Source of the DNA: Candidatus Eiseniibacteriota bacterium
GTDB lineage: Bacteria; Eisenbacteria; RBG-16-71-46; DASYSL01
NCBI GenBank assembly: GCA_031431875.1
Contig: JANPEF010000147.1
Coordinates: 1 to 56,219 of the forward strand
Length of the DNA: 56,219 nucleotides
Direction: 5' to 3'
Position 1 is the stretch's first letter; the number at the start of each line of letters is the position of its first letter. Both the position numbers and the translations under genes were made by a program. Positions 38,217 through 47,682 of the stretch are shown here, one piece after another. The notes beneath the pieces were generated by a model that had not been told where the DNA came from, made no database searches, and was given only the letters and a program-made list of their open reading frames with translations.

Positions 38217-39622
38217 GGCTTCGCCCCCTCCGCCACGGGTCCGACCAGGCGCCAGGTGTAGTTGCGGGCGAACGAGCCGGAGCCCGGCGCGTCCTCGATG
38301 CGGAAGGTGATGTCGCGCCGCCCCTCGGGCAGCGCGCCCGCGGGAACGACGACGAACACGCTCGTCTCGGCGGTGCGGTGCGCGGGGACGGGGAACGGGT
38401 TGATCGGGGCGACCAGGCTCGCGTCCTCGCCCCCGTCGAGCGCGATGGCGTAGCGCCGCTCCACGTCGGAGCGGTTGGCGATCTTGAAGCGCACCTGGTT
38501 CACCACGCTGCCGTCGGCCTCGAACGTGTACGGCGCGCCCTTGCCGCGCAGGACGGTGACCTCGGTGTCGGCGCGCGTGCCCAGCTGCCAGACGAAGAGG
38601 CCGAGCACGACCGCGAGCGCCGCCGGGTAGAGCAGGACGCGCAGCCGCAGCCACGACGAGGGGCGACCTTCCATCGAGTCGCGCGAGCCGTAGCGGATGA
38701 GCCCGGGCTTGCGCCCCACCTTCGCCATCACGCCGTCGCAGGCGTCCATGCACTGGGTGCAATGGATGCACTCCATCTGCAGCCCGTCGCGGATGTCGAT
38801 GCCCGTGGGGCAGGTCGTGACGCACATGCCGCAGTCGACGCAGTCGCCGGTGCCCTTGACCGCGATGTGGCCGCGAGGCTCGCCGCGCCTCGTGTCGTAG
38901 GCCACGACCAGCGAGCGCCGGTCGAGCAGCACCGCCTGCAGGCGCCCGTAGGGACAGGCCACGAGGCAGGTCTGCTCGCGAAAGTACGTGAAGTCGAAGA
39001 AGATCAGTGACGTCGTGCCGAGCATGACGAGGAATGCGGTCGGGTGCTCGACCGGCGAACGCTGCACCCACTGCGCGAGTTGCTCGATGCCCACGAAGTA
39101 GCCGAGAAACGTGTGGGCGAGGAACATGGCCAGCAGGAGGAAGATCGCGTACTTGAGCGCCCGTCGCACGGGCAGTCCCCGCGCCGCATCGAGCTTGCGC
39201 ACTCCGGCCGGGCCGCCCTCGAGCGCGTACTCGATGGGACGGAACAGGAACTCCATGTACACCGTCTGGGGGCAACCCCAGCCACACCAGACGCGCCCGA
39301 GCAGGGCGGTGAAGAGGAAGATCGTGATCGCCGCCGAGAGGAACAGGAGCTGGAACAGCACGGTCTCGGTGGGCAGGAACGTCGTGCCGAAGAGGTGGAA
39401 CTCCCGCCGCGGCAGGTCGAGCAGAATGAGCGGTGCGCCGTTCATCCGCAGGTACGGGATGATGAAGAAGACGAACATCAGCGTCCACGCCACGACGCGC
39501 CGGCGCTTCCAGAACGACCCGAGCGACGTCCGCGGCCGGATCCAGCGCCGCGATCCGTCCTGGTTCATGGTCGGCAGGACACGCTCGGGAGCGTCGATGA
39601 GCTGGGGGACGGGTTCGCTCAC
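38213..39622 (-). CDS. ccoG: cbb3 oxidase accessory polyferredoxin CcoG/FixG
   Basis: GRVWCGWGCPQTV, CPYGRLQ, DCVDCGMCVTTCPTGIDIRDGLQMECIHCTQCMDAC. Confidence 0.94.
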   Translation of the reverse strand: MSEPVPQLIDAPERVLPTMNQDGSRRWIRPRTSLGSFWKRRRVVAWTLMFVFFIIPYLRMNGAPLILLDLPRREFHLFGTTFLPTETVLFQLLFLSAAITIFLFTALLGRVWCGWGCPQTVYMEFLFRPIEYALEGGPAGVRKLDAARGLPVRRALKYAIFLLLAMFLAHTFLGYFVGIEQLAQWVQRSPVEHPTAFLVMLGTTSLIFFDFTYFREQTCLVACPYGRLQAVLLDRRSLVVAYDTRRGEPRGHIAVKGTGDCVDCGMCVTTCPTGIDIRDGLQMECIHCTQCMDACDGVMAKVGRKPGLIRYGSRDSMEGRPSSWLRLRVLLYPAALAVVLGLFVWQLGTRADTEVTVLRGKGAPYTFEADGSVVNQVRFKIANRSDVERRYAIALDGGEDASLVAPINPFPVPAHRTAETSVFVVVPAGALPEGRRDITFRIEDAPGSGSFARNYTWRLVGPVAEGAKP

Positions 39623-40236
39623 TCTTCGGCCTCGACTTCGACGCCCTGCGGAGCCTTCGGGTTCTCCGGATGCGTACCGTGCACCGAGAGGACGTAGGCC
39701 GCCAGCTGATCGACCTCCTCGGGCTTGAGCACGGCGCCCCACGCCGGCATGCCCTTGTCGAGGACGCCCGCGCTGACGACGCGATGGATGTCCCCGGGTT
39801 TCCCGCCGTGGATCCAGGACTCGTCGGTGAGGTTCGGCCCGATCACACCGCCGGCGTCAGCCCGGTGGCAGGGCATGCAGTTCTTCATGTAGAGGACCTT
39901 CCCCGATTCCATGGCCCCCGGATCGGCCGCCAACGCCAGCAGGACGTCGTCGGCCGGGGCGGGCTTCGTCGCGCGGGAGGCGGCGTACTTCTTCTCGGCC
40001 GCCGCCATCTCGTCGGCATAGTTGCCATGCCAACCCTTGCCGAAGCCGACGATGGGCAGGACGTTCGCGGCGTAAACGGCAGCCCACACGATCGTCGCCC
40101 AGAAGCTCAGGACCCACCAGCGCGGCATGGGGTTGTCGTACTCCTGGATACCGTCGTAGGTGTGGTCGAACAGCGGTTCCTCGGCCGCACCGGCGGGCGA
40201 ATGCGGCGTCACGGCGGGCTTCTCGTCGGGCCTCAT
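39619..40236 (-). CDS. ccoP: cbb3 oxidase subunit III (short, single-haem CcoP)
   Basis: HTYDGIQEYDNPMPRWW, one CMPCH, GPNLTD, GMPAW. Confidence 0.92.
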   Translation of the reverse strand: MRPDEKPAVTPHSPAGAAEEPLFDHTYDGIQEYDNPMPRWWVLSFWATIVWAAVYAANVLPIVGFGKGWHGNYADEMAAAEKKYAASRATKPAPADDVLLALAADPGAMESGKVLYMKNCMPCHRADAGGVIGPNLTDESWIHGGKPGDIHRVVSAGVLDKGMPAWGAVLKPEEVDQLAAYVLSVHGTHPENPKAPQGVEVEAEE

Positions 40237-40430
40237 CACTGGCCTCCATTGCGCGGCTTGGTCGCGCTCTCGTCGTCGAACGGCAGGCGGCTGGCCTGGT
40301 CCATTTCACGCTTCGCTCCCGGGCGAAAGGTCGCGATGGCGACCGCGACAAACGCCAGGAGGAACAGGATGAGGGCGATCTCCGCGTAACGGGAGAGTCC
40401 GGCGTGGCTCATGATTTCGGAAAGTCTCAT
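40236..40430 (-). CDS. ccoQ: cbb3 oxidase subunit CcoQ
   Basis: 64 aa, single TM helix, ASRLPFDD; between ccoNO and ccoP. Confidence 0.8.
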   Translation of the reverse strand: MRLSEIMSHAGLSRYAEIALILFLLAFVAVAIATFRPGAKREMDQASRLPFDDESATKPRNGGQ

Positions 40431-42625
40431 CGGGCGGCCACTCCCGCGGGCTTCCGGATGTCGGTACCCAGGCGCTGCAGGTACGCAATCATCGCCACGA
40501 TTTCGCGATCCTCCAGGCCGGCCGGGCCGCCCTGCTCGACGATGCGGCGCCCCACCTCCTTCGCCTGCGCCCGTGCCGCGCCCGGCGCGTCGCGCACGGC
40601 GTCGCCGTAGGGCACGCCGAGCATCGCCATCGCATCGACCCGGTTCTGCACGGCCGGGAAGTCGAGGGGGTCGCGCAGCAGGTGCGGGTAGCCCGGCATG
40701 ATCGACTGCGGAATGATCGCGCGCGGACTCTCCATGTGCCGCACGTGCCACAGGTCGGGGTACTTGCCGCCCTCGCGCGCCAGGTCCGGCCCGATGCGGC
40801 GCGAACCCCACAGGAACGGGTGGTCGTAGACGAACTCACCCGGCTTCGAGTACTCGCCGTAGCGCTCGGTCTCGTGGCGCAGCGGGCGGATCATCTGCGA
40901 ATGACAGTTGAAGCAGCCCTCGCGGATGTAGAGATCGCGCCCGGCGAGCTCGAGCGGCGTGTACGGCTTGACCGAGGCGATCGTCGGCACGTTCGAGCGG
41001 ATCAGGAACGTCGGCAGGATCTCGAACAGCGAGGCGACGACGACCGCCACGACGACCATCACCGTGAACAGCAGCGGCAGTCCCTCCCACCGCCGGTGCC
41101 AGCCGAGGCCGGTGAAGCGGCTCCATGCCGTCGTCGGGGCGGCGTGCCCGGGCGCGTAGCCAGAACCGTCCGGCTCGCGAAAGGCGCGCGGGAGCGGCGC
41201 CGCCTGGATCACCGGCTCCTCGTAGACCCTCGGGCGGGCCTGCCAGGTGCGCAGGATGTTCCAGCCGAACAGGAACATGCCCGCCACGTAGAGGGTGCCG
41301 CCGATGGCGCGGCCCCAGTACATCGGCATGAGCTTCATCGTGGTCTCGATGAAGTCGGGGAACTGGAGACGGCCGGTCTCGTCGAAGGCACGCCACATGA
41401 GGCCCTGCGTCAGCCCGGCGCTGTAGATCGACGTCGCGTAGAGGATCATGCCGAACGTCGCCAGCCAGAAGTGGACCTCGGCCATCCGGGTGCTGTGCAA
41501 CTTCGCCTGGAACAACCGCGGCAGCAGCCAGTAGATCATGCCGAAGGTCATGAACCCGTTCCAGCCGAGGGCACCCGTGTGCACGTGGGCGATGATCCAG
41601 TCGGTGTAGTGCGCGAGCGCGTTGACGCTCTTCACCGACAGCATCGGCCCCTCGAACGTTGCCATGCCGTAGGCGGTCACCGCGACGACGAAGAACTTGA
41701 GGATGGGGTCCTCGGCGACGCGATGCCAGGCGCCACGCAACGTGAGCAGCCCGTTGATCATGCCGCCCCACGAGGGCATCCACAGCATGATCGAGAACAC
41801 CATGCCGGTCGTCGACGCCCATTCCGGCAGAGCGGTGTAGTGCAGGTGATGCGGGCCGGCCCAGATGTAGAGAAACACGATCGTCCAGAAGTGGAGGATC
41901 GACAGGCGGTACGAGTACACGGGGCGCCCGATCGCCTTGGGCATGAAGTAGTACATGAGGCCGAGGAACGGCGTGGTCAGGAAGAACGCCACGGCGTTGT
42001 GCCCGTACCACCACTGCATGAACGCGTCCTGCACGCCGGCGTAGATCGAGTAGCTCTTGAACGGAAACACCGGCAGCGACAGGTTGTTGAAGATGTGGAG
42101 GACCGCGACCGTCACGACCGAGGCGATGTAGAACCAGATCGCCACGTAGAGGTGCCGCTCGCGCCGCCGGGCGATGGTGCCGAACAGGTTGACGGCGAAC
42201 ACCACCCAGATGACCGTGATCGCGATGTCGATCGGCCACTCGAGCTCGGCGTACTCCTTCGCCTGGGTGAAGCCGAGCGGAAGCGTCACCGCGGCGGAGA
42301 CGATGATCGCCTGCCAGCCCCAGAAGTGGAGCTTCGACAGCAGGTCGGAGAACATGCGCGCCTTGAGCAGGCGCTGGGTCGAGTAATAGACGCCGGTGAA
42401 GATCGCGTTGCCCGCGAAGGCGAAGATGACGGCGTTCGTGTGCAGCGGGCGCAGGCGCCCGAAGGACAGCCACGGCACGTCGAAGTTGAGCACCGGGAAC
42501 GCCAGCTGCAGGCCGATCAGCAGCCCCGCGAGCATGCCGACGAGTCCCCACACGAACGTGGCGACGAGGAACTTCCGGACGATCGCATCATCGTAGCGGA
42601 AGGAGTCGAGACGGCCTTCGTTCAT
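40427..42625 (-). CDS. ccoNO: cbb3 cytochrome c oxidase fused subunits I/II
   Basis: RLRPLHTNAVIFAF, WWYGHNAV, WAGPHHLHY, AHVH, then YIREGCFNCHSQMIRP, WGSRRIGPDL. Confidence 0.96.
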   Translation of the reverse strand: MNEGRLDSFRYDDAIVRKFLVATFVWGLVGMLAGLLIGLQLAFPVLNFDVPWLSFGRLRPLHTNAVIFAFAGNAIFTGVYYSTQRLLKARMFSDLLSKLHFWGWQAIIVSAAVTLPLGFTQAKEYAELEWPIDIAITVIWVVFAVNLFGTIARRRERHLYVAIWFYIASVVTVAVLHIFNNLSLPVFPFKSYSIYAGVQDAFMQWWYGHNAVAFFLTTPFLGLMYYFMPKAIGRPVYSYRLSILHFWTIVFLYIWAGPHHLHYTALPEWASTTGMVFSIMLWMPSWGGMINGLLTLRGAWHRVAEDPILKFFVVAVTAYGMATFEGPMLSVKSVNALAHYTDWIIAHVHTGALGWNGFMTFGMIYWLLPRLFQAKLHSTRMAEVHFWLATFGMILYATSIYSAGLTQGLMWRAFDETGRLQFPDFIETTMKLMPMYWGRAIGGTLYVAGMFLFGWNILRTWQARPRVYEEPVIQAAPLPRAFREPDGSGYAPGHAAPTTAWSRFTGLGWHRRWEGLPLLFTVMVVVAVVVASLFEILPTFLIRSNVPTIASVKPYTPLELAGRDLYIREGCFNCHSQMIRPLRHETERYGEYSKPGEFVYDHPFLWGSRRIGPDLAREGGKYPDLWHVRHMESPRAIIPQSIMPGYPHLLRDPLDFPAVQNRVDAMAMLGVPYGDAVRDAPGAARAQAKEVGRRIVEQGGPAGLEDREIVAMIAYLQRLGTDIRKPAGVAAR

Positions 42626-43142
42626 CGAGCCTCCGGGGTGGACACGAAAAGACCGCCGGGACGAAGGGGTCCGGCGGTCGGGGCGAATACTGGACGGATG
42701 CGTCGTCTATTCGACGGTCGGCGGGCGCGGCGCGGGCGGGGATGAAAGACCGCCGTCACGCGGAGATACGGCGGGGGGTGAGACTGCCGTCGTCGCATGC
42801 TTGATCCCGTCGAAATGCGATCGCCTGCCGGGGGAACACAGGGCAGAGACGTTCGCGGGTGAAGCCTTCGGTCGGATCGTGCCTCGACGGCGCTCCCCCG
42901 TCAAGCGCATCGTCGTCGTCTCAGCGCCCGCGCACGATCTCGCCGCTCACGCGCGTCGTAGATGTGGCGGCCGCGTCCCGCGCTGCGAACGGGGACGCCA
43001 GCGTTGCGAGTTGCAGGGCGGCAGCGGCGAGGCTGCGCGCGACGACGGACGAATGGCGCATGAAACGGCCCTCCGGGGCGCGAGGCGCGCTCCCTGCACG
43101 GAGGGGAAGCAAGGTCCGGGCCGCATCGGGTACGCTGCGGGC

Positions 43143-43388
43143 ATGATCTCTCGCTATTACTTTCTCGACTGGCTGGGCATGGCGCTCGGATTCGTCGCCA
43201 TGTGGCAACTGGGCAACCGCGATCGCCGCGGCTTCATCCCCTTCATGCTGTCGAACGTCATCTGGGTCGTCATCGGGTTCTGGGTCGCGAGCCTGGCGAT
43301 GATCCTCGGCAACGCGATCTTCCTCGGCGTCAACCTGCGGGGCTGGTTCCGCTGGAGCGAAGAGGAGCGGCAGCGCGAGGCGGCGTAG
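43143..43388 (+). CDS. Small membrane protein (PnuC/nicotinamide mononucleotide transporter-like half domain)
   Basis: 81 aa, ~3 TM helices, LDWLG...GF...SNVIW...NLRGWFRW. Confidence 0.6.
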   Translation: MISRYYFLDWLGMALGFVAMWQLGNRDRRGFIPFMLSNVIWVVIGFWVASLAMILGNAIFLGVNLRGWFRWSEEERQREAA

Positions 43389-43406
43389 CCCGGATCCCGG
43401 CTCGTG

Positions 43407-44249
43407 TCACAGCGCGCGGCGCGAGAACCAGCGGACCGCGAGCGCCCCGCAGACGAGCACGTAGCCGATCGCCCAGGCGACCATGAGCGGGCTCGGCACG
43501 TTCGCGACCGAGAACGGCGTGAGGTGGAGTTCCCGCGCGAGCACCGGCTGCATGTGATACGCGGCGAGCTGCCACATCGACTCCGCAGGGAAGACGAGGC
43601 TCGCCACCACGCCCACGTCGCCCGCCCCCGGCGTCCGCAGCATGGTGCCCACCTGCTCGAACCACCCGCCGAGAAACGCGAGCCCATAGAGCCCGATGCA
43701 TGTCACCGCGTTCGCGATGGTCGACAGCCGCGTGCCGAGCGCGATCGACATGGTGAGCATGATCAGCCCCTCGAGCGCGAGCAGCGGCAGCCCGATGTGC
43801 AGGTTCGGCGGCGAGACGCCGCCGAGCACACGGGCAACCAGCAGCAGCCCGCCGGCAATGAGCGTGAGGTAGCCGAGCAGCACGATCGCGTGTCCCAGCC
43901 ACTTCCCGAGGACGATCGTCGCGCGCGAGATCGGCTTCGCCGCGACGGTCTGCATGACGCCGCTCGCGATCTCGCCGGACATCGTGTCGACCGGCAGGCA
44001 CGCGGCGGTGAGCACGGTCAGGAAGTTCACCGCGTAGAGCCCGGCCATGACGAAGAAGTTGAGCATCACCGGCCGGAGCGACAGCGGCGTCCCCCCGTCC
44101 TGCATGATCTCGCGCCGGACCGCCGCGAAGCCGAACCCGAACAGGAGCACGAACACCGCGCCGAAGATGACCGCGGCGAGCAGGATGCGGCGGCGCAGCG
44201 CTTCGTGGAGCGTGGCCCCGGCGATCGTCCACACGGCGCGGAGGCTCAT
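43407..44249 (-). CDS. ABC-2 type transporter permease
   Basis: TLHEALRRR, SGEIASG..QTVAAKPISRATIVLGKWLG; multiple TM helices. Confidence 0.88.
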   Translation of the reverse strand: MSLRAVWTIAGATLHEALRRRILLAAVIFGAVFVLLFGFGFAAVRREIMQDGGTPLSLRPVMLNFFVMAGLYAVNFLTVLTAACLPVDTMSGEIASGVMQTVAAKPISRATIVLGKWLGHAIVLLGYLTLIAGGLLLVARVLGGVSPPNLHIGLPLLALEGLIMLTMSIALGTRLSTIANAVTCIGLYGLAFLGGWFEQVGTMLRTPGAGDVGVVASLVFPAESMWQLAAYHMQPVLARELHLTPFSVANVPSPLMVAWAIGYVLVCGALAVRWFSRRAL

Positions 44250-45169
44250 CCCGGTCGCGCCCCGTCGCCGAGCACCGCGAGAAAGGTCTCCTCGAGCGTC
44301 GGGCGGCTCAGGGCCATCGCCTCGAGGTCGACGCCCGCGGCGACGACCTCGCGGGCGATTGCCGGAGCCGCGGACTCCCCGGTCACCTCCACGCGAATTC
44401 GGCCCGGGGCGACGACGCTCACCGGGCCGAACGCCGCAAGTCGCGCCAGCAGCGCCGGCGGCGTGGTCCCGAGAGTGAGCTCGAGCGCGAGCGTCCCGGA
44501 CGGCTCACCGAGGCGTCGCTCGGCGCGCACGCGCCCGGCCTGGAGGAAGACGACGCGGTCGCACGTCGCCTCGACTTCGCCGAGCAGGTGCGAGTTGAGG
44601 AAGACGGCGGTGCCCGCCGCCTTCAGCTCGCCGATCAGGTCGCGGACGAGGAGGCGCCCGAGGGGATCGAGCCCGGAGGTCGGCTCGTCGAGGAACACGA
44701 GCTCGGGGTCGTTGAGCAGCGCCTGGGCGAGGCCGATCCGCTGCAGCATCCCCTTGCTGTAGCCCGCGAGCCGGCGCTCCGCGGCATCGAGCAGGTCGAC
44801 GCGCGCGAGCAGCGCATCGATGCGTGTCTCGAGCCCCCGACCGGAGAGGCCGTAGAGCCGCCCGTGGAAGCGCAGCATCTCCCGCCCGGTCATCCAGTCG
44901 TGGAAGCGGAAGTGCTCGGGCAGGAAACCGAGTTTCGCGCGCGCGGCCCGATCGCCGAGCGGCCGGCCCAGCACGCTGCCGGAGCCGGCCGTCGGCGCGA
45001 TCAGGCCGAGCAGCATCTTGAGCGACGTCGTCTTTCCCGCGCCGTTCGGCCCGAGGAAGCCGAACACCTCACCGCGCTCGACCGTGAGCGTGAGCGCATC
45101 GACGGCGACCGTGTCCCCGAACCGGCGGTGCAGGGCATCGGTGACGACGGCAGGGCCGGGCGCGCTCAA
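44246..45169 (-). CDS. ABC transporter ATP-binding protein
   Basis: GPNGAGKTT, YSKGMLQR, FLDEPTSGLD, NSH. Confidence 0.95.
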   Translation of the reverse strand: MSAPGPAVVTDALHRRFGDTVAVDALTLTVERGEVFGFLGPNGAGKTTSLKMLLGLIAPTAGSGSVLGRPLGDRAARAKLGFLPEHFRFHDWMTGREMLRFHGRLYGLSGRGLETRIDALLARVDLLDAAERRLAGYSKGMLQRIGLAQALLNDPELVFLDEPTSGLDPLGRLLVRDLIGELKAAGTAVFLNSHLLGEVEATCDRVVFLQAGRVRAERRLGEPSGTLALELTLGTTPPALLARLAAFGPVSVVAPGRIRVEVTGESAAPAIAREVVAAGVDLEAMALSRPTLEETFLAVLGDGARPG

Positions 45170-46173
45170 GGAATGGAGTTCGCCATCTCGAGCAGCGAGT
45201 AGTCGCGGAGGTTGCCGCCGAGCGCGAAGACCCGCTCGCCGTTCGACCAGAGGAGGATGCGCTCGGGACGGCGATTGCCCGGCAGGGTTTCGGCGGCGTC
45301 CTTCCGGTCGCCATCCTCCGCCGCCTCGATGAGCAGCCCGTGCTGGCCGCGCACGTCGACCTCGCGAAACGTCGCCTTCCCCGTCGGCAGGGGGATGAGC
45401 ATGGTCGAGTTCCAGTCGACCCGGTCGGCGAAGCGCCGCGCCTCGTCGGCGGGCAGCCCCACGACGCGCAGGCCGATCTCGGCCAGCCGCGCGCGTTCGA
45501 GGCCCGGCGGCATGCTGATCTCCGGGTTCGGGGCCTGCATGAGCACGGCCTCGATCTTGTCCTTGCGGTAGCGGATGCCGACCCTGCGCCCGGTGCGCAC
45601 GTGGACGCGTGCCCCGTCGTACGCCGGCGGGATGCCTGCGTCGCGAATGTCGAGCGAGGCCAGCAGGTCGGAGAGCCGCCGTGCATCGAGCGTGAGCTCG
45701 ACCTCCTGGCCGTCGACCACCATCGCCGAGTCGGCGACGAGGCCGGCGGGCAGGATCGCGGGTTCGGCCGGCGCGTAGCCCGCGGCGGCGAAGGCGAGCG
45801 CCGGCGTGGCGAAGCGCTGGGCCGGCCCTGCCTCGCGCAGCACCCGCACCTCGCCGAGGATGCGGCGCGGATCGGCGACGTCCTTCTGCAGCGCCTCGAA
45901 CCGCGAGGGATCGACGTTCACGGCGACGAAGTTGCGCACCCGGAACATCTCGAGAAAGGCCTGCGCCCCGGCCCGGACATCCGGGAACAGCGCGAGTGCG
46001 GCGATCGCGACGGCCGCCGGCACGACGACACCGAGCGCGCGACGCAGCCCCCGGCGCTTGGGGAAGGAACGCGAGCCCCGCGCTGCGTCCTCGGCAGCGA
46101 GGCGGCGGCGCAGCGCGGAGGTGAACTCCGGGCGCGGATTCTCGCGCGCCGCGTGCAGGAAACGGTCATCCAT
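45166..46173 (-). CDS. Putative anti-sigma factor (single TM, extracytoplasmic domain)
   Basis: PRPEFTSALRRRL N-terminus, one TM helix then VRAGAQAFLEMFRV; directly downstream of the ECF sigma. Confidence 0.65.
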   Translation of the reverse strand: MDDRFLHAARENPRPEFTSALRRRLAAEDAARGSRSFPKRRGLRRALGVVVPAAVAIAALALFPDVRAGAQAFLEMFRVRNFVAVNVDPSRFEALQKDVADPRRILGEVRVLREAGPAQRFATPALAFAAAGYAPAEPAILPAGLVADSAMVVDGQEVELTLDARRLSDLLASLDIRDAGIPPAYDGARVHVRTGRRVGIRYRKDKIEAVLMQAPNPEISMPPGLERARLAEIGLRVVGLPADEARRFADRVDWNSTMLIPLPTGKATFREVDVRGQHGLLIEAAEDGDRKDAAETLPGNRRPERILLWSNGERVFALGGNLRDYSLLEMANSIP

Positions 46174-46175
46174 CG

Positions 46176-46727
46176 TCAGGCTCCTTCCCCGGGTGCGCCC
46201 CAGCGCTCCCGCAGGCCGGCAATCGTGCGCGACAGGATCGTGCCGACGTTCGACTCGCTGAGCCCGGTCGCCGCGGCAATCTCGCGATGCGAGAGCTCGG
46301 CACCGAACTTGAGCGCGACCAGGGAGCGTTCGCGCTCGGGGAGCGTGGTCAGCAACGACAGGAGCCGCTCGGCATCGGAGCGGCGCACGGCGACGTCCTC
46401 GGGTGTCTCGCCCGCGGAGAGGTTCGCGACTTCATCGAGGGACCCGTGGTCCCGTCGCGCCCGCGCGTGGTCGATCGCCACCCGGTGCGCGATCGTGTGG
46501 AGCCAGGTCGAGAACGCCCCGCGATCCTTCCGGTAGCGGGCGCGGTGGCGCCAGGCCTTCTCGAACGTGATCGAAGTCAGGTCCTCGGCCACGGCCCCGT
46601 CTCCCACCCGGTAGCGGAAGAAGTTGTAGATCCGGGGCATCTGGTCGGCAAAGACGGCGTCCCAGTCCGCCGCCTGGTCGGCGGCATGGGGCAGGGCCCC
46701 GCTCACGATCGCGCTCTCGGTCGACAT
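46176..46727 (-). CDS. ECF sigma factor
   Basis: AEDLTSITFEKAW, FSTWLHTIA, LPERERSLVALKF, SHREIA...SESNV. Confidence 0.92.
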   Translation of the reverse strand: MSTESAIVSGALPHAADQAADWDAVFADQMPRIYNFFRYRVGDGAVAEDLTSITFEKAWRHRARYRKDRGAFSTWLHTIAHRVAIDHARARRDHGSLDEVANLSAGETPEDVAVRRSDAERLLSLLTTLPERERSLVALKFGAELSHREIAAATGLSESNVGTILSRTIAGLRERWGAPGEGA

Positions 46728-46734
46728 GCAGCCT

Positions 46735-46764
46735 ATTGTACGGATGGACGGTCGCTCCGTCACA
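46735..46764 (-). promoter_or_regulatory. Putative promoter(s) of the ECF operon
   Basis: TGTGAC-N16-CGTA (ECF-like) overlapping a TACAAT located 7 nt before the ATG. Confidence 0.45.
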
Positions 46765-46794
46765 CCCCGCGTGCCGGTGCTAGAATCCCCGACC

Positions 46795-47682
46795 ATGAAG
46801 ACCCGCCTGCTGCCCGCGCTCTGTGCCGTCGCCGTCCTGCTGCTCGCCACGGGCCCGGTCGCGCCGGCCGAGGCCGCCGAAGCGGCCGATCCCGTCATCG
46901 ACTCGCTGACCGCCGTCGTCCGCGCCGATCCCGCGAACGGCCGCGCCCGGCTGAGGCTGGCGCAGAATCTCCTGGTCACGGGCCAACTCGACGAGGCCGA
47001 GAGGACCTACCGCCAGGTCGATTCGATGGGCTTCGCCCGGCTCATCGCGCGCTACAACCTGGCCGCGATCGCCGCGCGGCGCGGAGAGCCCGACTCGGCG
47101 TGCGCGTGGTTGGGCCGCGCGTTCGCGGCCGGCTACGGAAACTTCGCGGCACTCGACGCCGACGCCGACTTCGCCGCGCTCCATGGGACCGCGGCGTACG
47201 ACACGCTCGTCGCGCGCGCCCGCGCGCAGACTTACCCGTGTGACGCGGACCCGCGCTTTCGCGCCTTCGACTTCTGGATCGGCGACTGGGATGTAATGGC
47301 GAACGGCGTGCGCGTCGGCACGAACACGATCTCGCGCGAACTCGAAGGCTGCGCGCTGTACGAGCGCTGGCGCGCGAACCCGGCGTCGGGCTCGTACGGA
47401 CACAGCGTCAATCGCTTCGACCCGGCGACCGGCAAGTGGCGCCAGTTGTGGATCGACGCCAACGGCAACCAGACCGACTATGAGGGCGAGGTCACCGCCG
47501 ACGGCCTCCGGTTCACGGGCGTCGTGGTCCCGCCCACCGGGGCGGGCCAGCGCAGCGAGATGACCTTCACCCGGCAGCCTGACGGCAGCGTGCGCCAGTT
47601 CATCCGCTCGTCCCCGCTCGATCGCGAGGAGTGGACGATCGCATTCGACGCGATGTACGTGCGGCGAGCGGCCGCGCCCTAG
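46795..47682 (+). CDS. Secreted TPR protein with C-terminal DUF1579-like beta domain
   Basis: Signal peptide, TPR (ARYNLAAIAA), FDFWIGDWDV, WRQLWID. Confidence 0.72.
   Translation: MKTRLLPALCAVAVLLLATGPVAPAEAAEAADPVIDSLTAVVRADPANGRARLRLAQNLLVTGQLDEAERTYRQVDSMGFARLIARYNLAAIAARRGEPDSACAWLGRAFAAGYGNFAALDADADFAALHGTAAYDTLVARARAQTYPCDADPRFRAFDFWIGDWDVMANGVRVGTNTISRELEGCALYERWRANPASGSYGHSVNRFDPATGKWRQLWIDANGNQTDYEGEVTADGLRFTGVVVPPTGAGQRSEMTFTRQPDGSVRQFIRSSPLDREEWTIAFDAMYVRRAAAP

Noticed and set aside
42801..42814. FNR-like box TTGAT-cccg-TCGAA upstream of ccoNO
   Set aside because: The second half-site matches ATCAA poorly, so it is not supportable.
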